The notes beneath the pieces are model-generated. The model saw only the letters and a list, made by a program, of their open reading frames with translations. It made no database searches and was not told the DNA's origin. A stretch of DNA of 64,000 nucleotides. Source: Nemertoderma westbladi (lineage: Eukaryota > Animalia > Xenacoelomorpha). The DNA lies in the NCBI GenBank assembly GCA_032718475.1, contig JAUCBJ010000090.1:1-64000 (forward strand), in the 5' to 3' direction. Numbering within the stretch: position 1 is the stretch's first letter; each line of letters opens with the position of its first letter. Shown piece by piece: positions 13,412 through 25,392 of the stretch. A program made the position numbers and the translations under genes.

Positions 13412-14644
13412 ATTTCAACCTAGGCCTACGTGGTAGTTTCCATAATGTAACTTATGAACACGAAATGATCTAATTTATTGTAAACTGAAACTATTTATTA
13501 GGCGTATTTTGTTGACGGGGTTGTTTATTAGATAGATGGTGCCATCCAATATCTGCGGGACACAAAATTATTTGTTGCTTTTCCCCATTTTATAGTGCCA
13601 TGTTGGCCTATTCCATATTTTTTTAACGCATTATTCCTAAAGTGGAGGATTGTTAGGGGAAAGTAGTGAACAAGTGCACCATGAATGGCTTACCCATAAT
13701 ACAACACGAATGAATTTCTTACATTGTTACTATCTATTTTTATAACACTTATTAATTAAATTTCATACCATTTAAACCTGCGACATTTTTGAAGCAAGTT
13801 TTGAAATTCATCAATTTAAATTTAAAATTTTTAATTCATTTAAATTATAATTATTTTTCATTTATTTATGATTAATATTGCTAATTAGATGCAGACTTTA
13901 TGGTCTCACGCAATCCCATGGTCCGCCGCTAAGAGGCGTTAAATATCACTTCGTCTAAACTTAATAACTATTCAACTACTTGATAGATTTTTATAAATCT
14001 TTCACTTAATGACCTATGGTTGGTTCGGAATTAAATGAGAGACTTAATAGTGTTACGCAATACAATGGTCCGCCGCTAGGAGGCGCTAAATATAGGCTGT
14101 TAGGTCGCCATATAGGTTGCATATAGGATCTACTTACATGTTTAGGGTCTAAGTTAGCACCCCTGGTTTCCACGCGAAATCTACATTCCCCCCTAGAAAC
14201 TAATATTATTGGTTTTCTGTTAGTTTCAGTTGGTTTCAGCTGGTTTCAACCGGTTTCAGGTGGTTTCAGTTCGTTTCTGGTGGTTTCAGCTGGTGCAGTA
14301 TTTTAGTTTGTACCCATTGGATCTGCTTGTTTATTTAAAATATGCTGCTAAGTCAAAGTAACGTATGAAAGTAACGTCAATGGCAAAGGCGTTTTTATTG
14401 TAGATGTTGTAGGCCTACAGTAGGCCTATTCTTATAATTGGCATTAGAACTAGTGAACAGTAGAACATTTCAATTATGGGTTCGGCAACATCCCATGATA
14501 TTTTCCTACTATTGTTGTTTAAAAAAACATATAATATAATCGTAATTAGTAAATAAAAATATCTGTTTTGATTTCATTTTGTTTAATTTATTTTTGGGTT
14601 GCGAATTCAATATATCGCGGAATCAAGAACCACAAATTGATATG

Positions 14645-17600
14645 CTGGAACCAACGGCCAGTTATTGAACTCATTCGCGTACTGGAACCAACGGCCAGTT
14701 ATTGAACTCATTCGCGTACTGGAACCAACGGCCAGTTATTGAACTCATTCGCGTACTGGAACCAACGGCCAGTTATTGAACTCATTCGCGTACTGGAACC
14801 AACGGCCAGTTATTGAACTCATTCGCGTACTGGAACCAACGGCCAGTTATTGAACTCATTGAGATGCTGGAACCAACGGCCAGTTATTGAACTCATTCGC
14901 GTACTGGAACCAACGGCCAGTTATTGAACTCATTCTGGAACCAACGGCCAGTTATTGAACTCATTGAGATGCTGGAACCAACGGCCAGTTATTGAACTCA
15001 TTCGCGTACTGGAACCAACGGCCAGTTATTGAACTCATTCGCGTACTGGAACCAACGGCCAGTTATTGAACTCATTGAGATGCCGGAACCAACGGCCAGT
15101 TATTGAACTCATTGAGATGCTGGAACCAACGGCCAGTTATTGAACTCATTGAGATGCTGGAACCAACGGCCAGTTATTGAACTCATTCGCGTACTGGAAC
15201 CAACGGCCAGTTATTGAACTCATTCGCGTACTGGAACCAAAGGCCAGTTATTGAACTCATTCGCGTACTGGAACCAACGGCCAGTTATTGAACTCATTGA
15301 GATGCTGGAACCAACGGCCAGTTATTGAACTCATTGAGATGCTGGAACCAACGGCCAGTTATTGAACTCATTCGCGTACTGGAACCAACGGCCAGTTATT
15401 GAACTCATTCGCGTACTGGAACCAACGGCCAGTTATTGAACTCATTCGCGTACTGGAACCAACGGCCAGTTATTGAACTCATTTAGATGCCGGAACCAAC
15501 GGCCAGTTATTGAACTCATTCGCGTACTGGAACCAACGGCCAGTTATTGAACTCATTCGCGTACTGGAACCAACGGCCAGTTATTGAACTCATTCGCGTA
15601 CTGGAACCAACGGCCAGTTATTGAACTCATTGAGATGCCGGAACCAACGGCCAGTTATTGAACTCATTCGCGTACTGGAACCAACGGCCAGTTATTGAAC
15701 TCATTGAGATGCTGGAACCAACGGCCAGTTATTGAACTCATTGAGATGCTGGAACCAACGGCCAGTTATTGAACTCATTGAGATGCTGGAACCAACGGCC
15801 AGTTATTGAACTCATTCGCGTACTGGAACCAACGGCCAGTTATTGAACTCATTCGCGTACTGGAACCAACGGCCAGTTATTGAACTCATTCGCGTACTGG
15901 AACCAACGGCCAGTTATTGAACTCATTGAGATGCTGGAACCAACGGCCAGTTATTGGACTCATTCGCGTACTGGAACCAACGGCCAGTTATTGGACTCAT
16001 TCGCGTACTGGAACCAACGGCCAGTTATTGGACTCATTCGCGTACTGGAACCAACGGCCAGTTATTGAACTCATTCTGGAACCAACGGCCAGTTATTGAA
16101 CTCATTCTGGAACCAACGGCCAGTTATTGAACTCATTCTGGAACCAACGGCCAGTTATTGAACTCATTCGCGTACTGGAACCAACGGCCAGTTATTGAAC
16201 TCATTCTGGAACCAACGGCCAGTTATTGAACTCATTGAGATGCTGGAACCAACGGCCAGTTATTGAACTCATTCGCGTACTGGAACCAACGGCCAGTTAT
16301 TGAACTCATTCGCGTACTGGAACCAACGGCCAGTTATTGAACTTATTGAGATGCCGGAACCAACGGCCAGTTATTGAACTCATTGAGATGCTGGAACCAA
16401 CGGCCAGTTATTGAACTCATTGAGATGCTGGAACCAACGGCCAGTTATTGAACTCATTCGCGTACTGGAACCAACGGCCAGTTATTGAACTCATTCGCGT
16501 ACTGGAACCAACGGCCAGTTATTGAACTCATTCGCGTACTGGAACCAACGGCCAGTTATTGAACTCATTCTGGAACCAACGGCCAGTTATTGAACTCATT
16601 GAGATGCTGGAACCAACGGCCAGTTATTGAACTCATTCGCGTACTGGAACCAACGGCCAGTTATTGAACTCATTCGCGTACTGGAACCAACGGCCAGTTA
16701 TTGAACTCATTGAGATGCCGGAACCAACGGCCAGTTATTGAACTCATTGAGATGCTGGAACCAACGGCCAGTTATTGAACTCATTGAGATGCTGGAACCA
16801 ACGGCCAGTTATTGAACTCATTCGCGTACTGGAACCAACGGCCAGTTATTGAACTCATTCGCGCACTGGAACCAACGGCCAGTTATTGAACTCATTCGCG
16901 TACTGGAACCAACGGCCAGTTATTGAACTCATTGAGATGCTGGAACCAACGGCCAGTTATTGAACTCATTGAGATGCTGGAACCAACGGCCAGTTATTGA
17001 ACTCATTCGCGTACTGGAACCAACGGCCAGTTATTGAACTCATTCGCGTACTGGAACCAACGGCCAGTTATTGAACTCATTCGCGTACTGGAACCAACGG
17101 CCAGTTATTGAACTCATTGAGATGCTGGAACCAACGGCCAGTTATTGAACTCATTGAGATGCTGGAACCAACGGCCAGTTATTGGACTCATTCGCGTACT
17201 GGAACCAACGGCCAGTTATTGGACTCATTCGCGTACTGGAACCAACGGCCAGTTATTGGACTCATTCGCGTACTGGAACCAACGGCCAGTTATTGAACTC
17301 ATTCTGGAACCAACGGCCAGTTATTGAACTCATTCTGGAACCAACGGCCAGTTATTGAACTCATTCTGGAACCAACGGCCAGTTATTGAACTCATTCGCG
17401 TACTGGAACCAACGGCCAGTTATTGAACTCATTCTGGAACCAACGGCCAGTTATTGAACTCATTGAGATGCTGGAACCAACGGCCAGTTATTGAACTCAT
17501 TCGCGTACTGGAACCAACGGCCAGTTATTGAACTCATTCGCGTACTGGAACCAACGGCCAGTTATTGAACTCATTGAGATGCCGGAACCAACGGCCAGTT

Positions 17601-18266
17601 ATTGAACTCATTGAGATGCTGGAACCAACGGCCAGTTATTGAACTCATTGAGATGCTGGAACCAACGGCCAGTTATTGAACTCATTCGCGTACTGGAACC
17701 AACGGCCAGTTATTGAACTCATTCGCGTACTGGAACCAACGGCCAGTTATTGAACTCATTCGCGTACTGGAACCAACGGCCAGTTATTGAACTCATTGAG
17801 ATGCTGGAACCAACGGCCAGTTATTGAACTCATTGAGATGCTGGAACCAACGGCCAGTTATTGAACTCATTCGCGTACTGGAACCAACGGCCAGTTATTG
17901 AACTCATTCGCGTACTGGAACCAACGGCCAGTTATTGAATTCATTCGCGTACTGGAACCAACGGCCAGTTATTGAACTCATTGAGATGCTGGAACCAACA
18001 GCCAGTTATTGAACTCATTGAGATGCTGGAACCAACGGCCAGTTATTGGACTCATTCGCGTACTGGAACCAACGGCCAGTTATTGGACTCATTCGCGTAC
18101 TGGAACCAACGGCCAGCTATTGGACTCATTCGCGTACTGGAACCAACGGCCAGTTATTGAACTCATTCTGGAACCAACGGCCAGTTATTGAACTCATTCT
18201 GGAACCAACGGCCAGTTATTGAACTCATTCTGGAACCAACGGCCAGTTATTGAACTCATTCGCGTA
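14645..18266 (+). repeat. 37-bp minisatellite, about 100 units, with a 31-bp constant core and a variable 6-bp slot; higher-order repeats
   Basis: CTGGAACCAACGGCCAGTTATTGAACTCATT followed by CGCGTA, GAGATG or nothing; the same variant block recurs at 15917, 17145 and 18009. Confidence 0.97.
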
Positions 18267-19726
18267 AATATAATATATCAGTTGATGTTGTATATTGTTA
18301 ACATTTCAAGTTGCCACGCCTTCTTTTTATGACAACAAGAATAAAGCTGGAATTATAAATAATTTAAATATAAAATAATTTACGTTGCTCCCATATTTGG
18401 TTTCCGCAATAAATTATAGTTAATTGGCCACGCGGATCTGTTAACTAATAAATAATATTGACAATTTTTTACCTGTTAGTTGTATTTCAAAGTTGCAAAG
18501 TTGTTCTTTAAACAATTTCGCAAATTGTTAGGTTTAAATGATGCTTATAAAGGAATTTTTAGTTATTTAAATTTGGTTTTTATGGTTAATTATATTGTAA
18601 GTTATAGTGGAATACAAGTGGGGATATAAATAACACTGTAATCAACACTGATAGTGTTCTTCGTAAATGGCAAGGTGGCGAATAACAATTGAACCATGAT
18701 TAAATATCACCGTAGCATGACCCCGAAATTGACATTCAGTTTTATAAATAGGTTGTTGAACAATAGCTACGTAATTTAAAATACCTGCTGTTTGATGAAT
18801 TTTTCAAAGGATAATGTTGGAGTATCCCAGAGCGAAAATGACGGATACTTTTCCAAAGTAACTTAATAAATAGTTTATAGTAACCTTTTAATCTATTGTG
18901 ACAGCGTGGGTGCCCCACACAAAGGTAATCAAATAGTAATCAGTAAGAAGGGAAGAGAGTAAGGATGGAGGGAGGGTCCCGCAAGGATTCCCACTCAGTC
19001 GCCTAACATAACTACTGTATGCCCGGAAGCCTGCATTTACCATCCTATTGTCGCACAGTTTTTGCCTGTGGGTTTATGCAACACCAAAGTAAGATATCTC
19101 TAATTTACTTGTTTATTTTATTATATTTCATTCAATTCTATCTTTTTATAATACGAAAGGATTCTTTTAATAAAAAAAAATCTGAGAGAAAATGAAACCT
19201 GATAATTTTGGAATTAGTTTTCAGATGGCAGGCTTTCTCGCCCACACATGAGACCGGTGTAAAAGGTGTAAATGAATCCCCTTTTAGAATGACCCCCCAG
19301 TGATCTGGGGAGTCATTACAACCTAGGTTGAAATGACGTCAGAATGTTGAAGTGAATCCCTACAAGGATATCCATAGGTTAAATAGTGACCTGCACTCTT
19401 AATAAGATGTGATTGTTCCTACGCTTTTTATAAGTAGTTTTATAGTAAAGGTCATGAGAAAGTGGAACGTTTGCATTTCTCATTCTGATACAGGCGCGGA
19501 TCCACAATAGGGGCGCGTGGCGCCGCGCACAATATATTTTTTGAGAAAGAAAATAAAAAGAGTAAAATATATAAAAAAAATTATAAAAATACATCTTTTT
19601 AGATTTACTATTGATAGTTACGATAAAACATACAAGTACAAGGGCCGTCATCACTCGATAACCCCAAGCGGAATCCACATTCACAACTTTCATCACCATA
19701 CCATCCCCAATATAAAATCGGTATAT

Positions 19727-20399
19727 AAGTCGGTGTCTGTGACTGTAGTTGCCGGATATCTACTACTTCTGCGTTCTTGAAGTGTGAATCCCAGATCTTC
19801 AACCATTGTGGCCGTCCTCATTGCGTAATCCAGTACAATTACAAATAGTAATGGTGCTAATGTGTCACCTTGCAGTACGCCAGCCAGGATTGAGAAAAAC
19901 TCAGTTTCACCATCTGGTGAGAGTACCTGCGCTTCTGTGTCACAATATAACAATCCAATGCCAGCAACAATTACTTCTGGTATTCCATAAGCTCTTAGGA
20001 TTTCAAGCATTTTACCTCTATGGATGGAGTCGAATGCCTTCTTGAAGTCCACAAGAGCCATGACTGCGGGGAGATTATTTGACTTAATTCCTTCAATCAG
20101 TCTCCGTAGTTCAAGTATCTGAGCTATTGTTGATCTACTTGGTCGAAATCCGTTTTGGCTCTTACGCAGTAGTTTCTCTATGTGAGGCCTAATCCTATAT
20201 AGAATCATTTTATTGTATATTTTGGCAGCTACCAAAAGCAGACAGATCCCACGATAGTTTGTTGGTATGCTGAGGTCTCCTTTCTTGGGGAGAGGCTTTA
20301 GTTGACCTTTAGTTCAAATTGGTGGTGGATTTTCCCCTTTTAACATCCGGTTGCAAACATTCAATAATGGTCTGTTTAGCACTTCGGTTTTCCATACCT
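19727..20399 (-). mobile_element. RTE family-1 LINE, RT portion (downstream part of a copy split by LTR element A; 3'-truncated)
   Basis: ORF 19693-20235 with VDFKKAFDSIHRG and GVLQGDTLAP, very similar to 6430-7080; reading frame PAEV|WKTEVLN rejoins across the insertion. Confidence 0.9.
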
Positions 20400-21057
20400 T
20401 GTGACGGGATCCTCCGGGTTAGATTTGTACGCGTCACCGTTCTGCTGGGCAGTCGTGCTAGTTCGCTTTGGCAGAAGGCCGTTGGGGAAAACAATAAGGG
20501 TTTCTGTTGTTTCTCAATATCGATAGTCCAAATGATAATAGCACAATCGGTCAATCGGAATGATACATATGTAATAGCAGAAAATACACAGATTAATTGC
20601 TGATGTTAGTGGCGGTGACTGTCATAAACTATGACCGGTCTGCAACTGAGTAACGGAATCAACTGACCGGTAAATCAGTAATGTATGATAATATATGATT
20701 AACACACACGAATATTGATTTTACCTGTTACTGTACTTGGCCCTCTGTACCCAGTGGATTCTCTCCTATCTCTAATAACGTGCTTCCCTCCCCGCTATTT
20801 TCTAATATACTAATTGTCACTTTGACACTCCCCGTGAGTGTTTCCCCCCACTGCTAGCCTCTACTTGCTGTATTCCTTCCGAGGTGGTTTGACCTCTCAC
20901 CTCTCTCTGTGGATTTAGGGCATGTGTCCCCCCCCCCCCCCCAATGTTAGTTGTGAGGCGAGATTAATATTGGTAATCTCGTATCCCCAACTTATTGGTA
21001 AAATGCCACTGGTCCCATTTTCTGGTGGGTAATGAAGTGGAATTGAATCCGCTTACA
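20400..21057 (-). repeat. 3' LTR of element A
   Basis: Plus strand TGTGACGG...GCTTACA, direct repeat of 33186-33853; adjacent CTCCCCC is the PPT on minus. Confidence 0.93.
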
Positions 21058-21589
21058 CTCCCCCATGCTATCTTCCCGGTGAGAAGATAGCCTCAACCTT
21101 AAGTGCGCTTCAATTCCGCTGGAACCCAATCTAATATCGGGCGTGGGGTGGAGTTCTTTTCTCGGGGTTGGCTTTCCAGGCCGCCCCCCCTGGTTATGTT
21201 ATTACTACCCCTCCTTGGTGCAATCGCGAGCTATGTTGCACCAAGGTATCTGGTGTCTCTGTTTGAGATAATTGTGCTCTCTCTTCACACAATTTTCTAG
21301 ATCCTCTCTCTAATCTCACTCTCGGACCCCCATGTCCCTTACTCTCTCTCTCACAGACCTCGTTGTCCCTTACTCTCTCTCTTACTGCTCGCTCCCCACA
21401 CTTGAATTGCACTCCTCTCACTCCCACGCATGTCAACACCTCCTCTCCATACTTCCCCCGTTTCCATTTTCGTTTCCATTCTTCATGCACTTATTGGGTC
21501 CCACACATGTGTGCACCAATCGGTAATGATACAGATGTAATAGCAGAAAATACACAGATTAATTGCTGATGTTAGTGGCAGTGACGTCA

Positions 21590-24500
21590 TCACACATGAT
21601 AACACGTAAGCGTCCATCCGAACGGCGTGAGAATCGCCGTCGGATCCCGCTGCTTATTCTCTCTGAATATGGTCCGTACTCTCTCGTGGGCCGTCGGACA
21701 ATTCATTCCGACTATGATGGATACCTTCGAGACATCCACTTCCGGTATCGGCCTCGTCTGTAACCCTATCTCCTCGGCCACCCAATTCTCCACCAGCGTG
21801 AAGGCTGCTCCACTGTCGACCAGCATCAATGTCGTGATTGATCAGTCGCCCTTTCCTGTTATCCTCACTGGTACTACCCCGAGTAGTACTGTCCTCTTTC
21901 TCCTTGCTCCCGTCGTGCTTGTAGCCATAGTTTGGCCTCCAGTCTCATCAGTCTCGTCGTATTCTATCGGTGTTTCTCTACACTCTCCGAATCTGTGTCC
22001 TTCTACCACGCATCGATGAGATAGTCCGTTTGTATCCGCATAGGCTACCCGATCTTGTTTAGGCAACGCCTGCCAATGCTTACAACTCATGGTCTTATGG
22101 GTTCCATCTCTATGCAATTGACATTTGTAACCTGGATTGTAGCGTTCCTTATATAGCCCTTCACATATCGCATGTAGGTTCATATCTACCAGTTTAGTGT
22201 TTTGGTTATTTGGACTCGGCCTACTGGGTGTGTTGGGATTATATTTGTTCGTGTTGTTATTTTGTTTCTGTTCCTGCCACGGTGTGGCCCTACTCCCAGC
22301 TATCTGTGGACTTGTAGCCCCCTGCATGGCCGCATGTGGTAGCGACTGTCTCACTCTCGGGAATGCATCTGCCGGATTATGTTCAGGTTTAGGCCTGTTG
22401 TATTCAGCTTTCAGCGCCTTCCCCAAACTATCCTCGCTGTAGACTGGGTCTGTAATCAAATCCTCCTCATAGTTAAGGAAGTTCGACATTTCCTCTAGCC
22501 CTGGCTCCGCACCTTTCTTCTCCCGGGTGGAGAAGGCGATCTTCCCCCACTTATTTCTTAGCCAGATCGGCAGTGCCTGCGCTATTGTGGTGATGTTATT
22601 CGATGCATTGAGTTCGTAAGGCGCATCCAAGGTCTTCAGCACAATCAGCGCCTTTTCGACCTTATTCGCGAAATTCCTGATGCTGACAGGGTTATCTTGT
22701 AGGCCACCTGATGTTATTCCCCTCAAGGTTTGCTGGATGATCTTGGCAGGGTGTCCGTATTCCCTGTCTAGGGCCCGCCATGCAGTCATGAATCCACCCT
22801 CGATACCTTGATACTGCCTTACGATATTTTACGCTGGGCCCCCTGTGTAAACTTGTAAATATTTTAGGCACTCCGCCTGCATCAGGTTCTTTGTCAATAT
22901 TTCGTTACTGTATATGCGTCGGAATTGCAGATATTCTTCCAGCCTGCTTCCATCGAATTTGAACGGCTCCACTGGTGGCAGCTCGATCCTGGTCTTAAGT
23001 GCATCGATGAGTGTTGCCATTCCCATCGCCTGTACTTCTAGTGGGTTGGATGGATGCTGTACAGACTCCCATGTTGCTGGGTGCGGTTCGCCCGTCGGGC
23101 CTGTCGACCTCTTCTGCATTGGATATATCATTGGGGGTAACGGTCCCCTCCATATCTCTGTATCGCATGATTTATTTTGGTCCAAGGGGTTCGGGGTTTT
23201 TGTTCTCGGTTGAGTGTATTGCTGATATTGTAATAGGGGAATGTCACCCTGCCCCCCCCCCCCCCCTGCACCGGTGTTATATTTGGTAGTGGGGTTGATG
23301 TTACCATGTTAGGGCCCATACACCTATCGGCAATAGCTCCCCCCTCCCCTGGGTATATCTTATATCCCTGCATATTATAGTCATACTGGTGTGCAGGTAC
23401 GGGTATAGGCCTATCCACTTCTTGCCTACCTACCGGTATATATGCTGCAACTTCCGGATCTAATCCTGATGTCCGCATTACCCTATCGCCTACACTATCT
23501 CTTCCAGCATGGCCTATAGTATGTGCACTAAGGCTTACAGTATGTCCTGCAGTCTGCCTGTGTCCTTCCGGACCGAAGTTTAATCTTCTCGAATATTCCA
23601 AGAAGTCCTCCCCGCAACTACCGTATTCTCGATCGGCAGCTTCGCCTCTCCGGGAAGTTTCTCTTCGATCCCCTCTCCTGTCCTCGTCCTCGCGCCGGTA
23701 CATCCTGTACCCGTCTCCCGGTGTATGGTATATCTCACCAGGCTGCGTCTCTCCGGGGCGACGGCAAACTCCCGGAGTTCGACCTACTGACTCTCTAACT
23801 CCATCTCTACTGCCGACGGTTCACTGTCCATCCTTGCTCTCCGGTTGCTCGTAGCAACGCTTCTTCTATTCTCTTCACTTCTTCTCTCTTCAGTGTAGCG
23901 ATCCCCTTCGTGAGATCTCGCTTCGACCTCCCGGATAAACTCCACTGTTCTTCTTCCATCCTCCGACTGGGCTCGACGTCCTGTCGCTTGCCCGCTCACG
24001 GCGCCAACCTCTCTCTCTCTACCCGGTTGGACGCTCCTGGGGATACTCGCAATCCTCCTACTATTCTCTGTCATCGGGTGCCGCGGTTCACCTAACCCAC
24101 CCTGCGCATTATCCGCCGACGCTTGTGGGACATTCTCTGCCCCCCCCCCCTTCCACCACTAATCTCTCTTGGTGGGGTGCCCGTAGCCCCCCTCCCCCCC
24201 CCCATTCGCCACCTCTTACTTCGCTACCTCTTACTTCACTTCTACGCCCCTCTCTAGTCGACGCACTATCTCCACTCCGGCTGGGTCTACTCACCCTCGC
24301 CTCTCCCTGTGCGACTGCGTGGCCTTGCAGGCTCCAGTTGGGTTGACTCACCCCCGCTACTCCCTGCGTTACTACGTGGCCTTGCAGGCTCCCATTGGCT
24401 TGACTCACCCCCGCTACTCCCTGCGTAACTACGTGGCATTGCAGGCTCCCGTTGGCCGGCCCATCTGCCTCCCCTGTGTCCATATTAATTGCACCGTTAT

Positions 24501-24756
24501 TCGTAACATTATTATCTAAGTTATTTAAATTATTTTGTTCAGAATTAGGGCTATTATTTGGAATATTTTGCACATTTAAATTAGAAATATTTGGATTATT
24601 TTGCACATTTAAATTAGTATTATTTGGATTATTTTGCACATTTAAATTAGTATCATTGTTATTACCGGGTAAAATATTATTTCCTGCAACAAAAGTTTGA
24701 TTAGAGTTGTCTACTACAGTACTATTAATATTAATCCCTTCTAATGTATTATTATT
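21590..24756 (-). pseudogene. gag: Element A gag (3' part) and aspartic protease, disrupted
   Basis: Asn-rich and Arg-rich low-complexity segment, then PFKFDGSRLEEYLQF and AWRALDREYG (DUF1759-like), knuckles CQLHRDGTHKTMSC and RCVVEGHRFGEC, protease LVDSGAAFT, TPFGWTL. Confidence 0.85.
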
Positions 24757-24761
24757 ACCCC

Positions 24762-25362
24762 AGTTAGCGTATTCAATTCCGCTAGCCAGCCCCATAAAGC
24801 GAGCTTTAAGCAATATTGGGAACACGAGGTTGATATCCAATATCAACCTCGTATCACCCCAATAAAGTGGGGACAAGAAAACCCCAGAGGACATACGCAC
24901 AACAGGGGTCAGGGGTTACACCCCTGAGAGAGAGAGGGAATAACAGGAGCAACGTGAAACACTCCAGGGAAGGTGAAGGGGCGACAATTAGGTTATTAGC
25001 CAATAGGGGGGAAGCATCGACTGGGTAGAGCAATATGGCCAACCGTGCAATATATTACTGGTCCATGCATTATTTCATTCACTTGTAGTAAGGACAGTTA
25101 GGACTAGTTAGGGCTAGTTAGGACAGTAGCGGAACTCTAGTTACCGTCTCCATCTACCGTCACCAGTACATATCATTTACCGGTACATTATATCATACAT
25201 CAAGCATCTGTGCTATTATCTTTACTATATTGTATTCCGAACCCATATACACTGATCAATCAATAACTCAGAACTACTCTTTATATCTTTTACACACGGC
25301 GGGGACGCGTAAGCTAGAAACCAAAACCGGATAAACCGGGATCCTCCGTAGATCCCGTCACA
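24762..25362 (+). repeat. 5' LTR of element B (terminal TG mutated to AG)
   Basis: AGTTAGCGTATTCAATTCC...GATCCCGTCACA, direct repeat of 31175-31758. Confidence 0.9.
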
Positions 25363-25392
25363 GTAACTAGATCGACTACTGCCTGACTACGA

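Noticed and set aside
15880-18191. Short ORFs within the 37-bp array
   Set aside because: They arise only where a TGA-to-TGG variant removes stops in the repeat
14645-18266. CRISPR array (constant 31-bp repeat with variable slot)
   Set aside because: The variable part is only 0-6 bp with three reused states, there are no unique spacers or cas genes, and the context is eukaryotic
19490-19530. MITE terminus CAGGCGCGGATCCA
   Set aside because: No matching second end or TSD found
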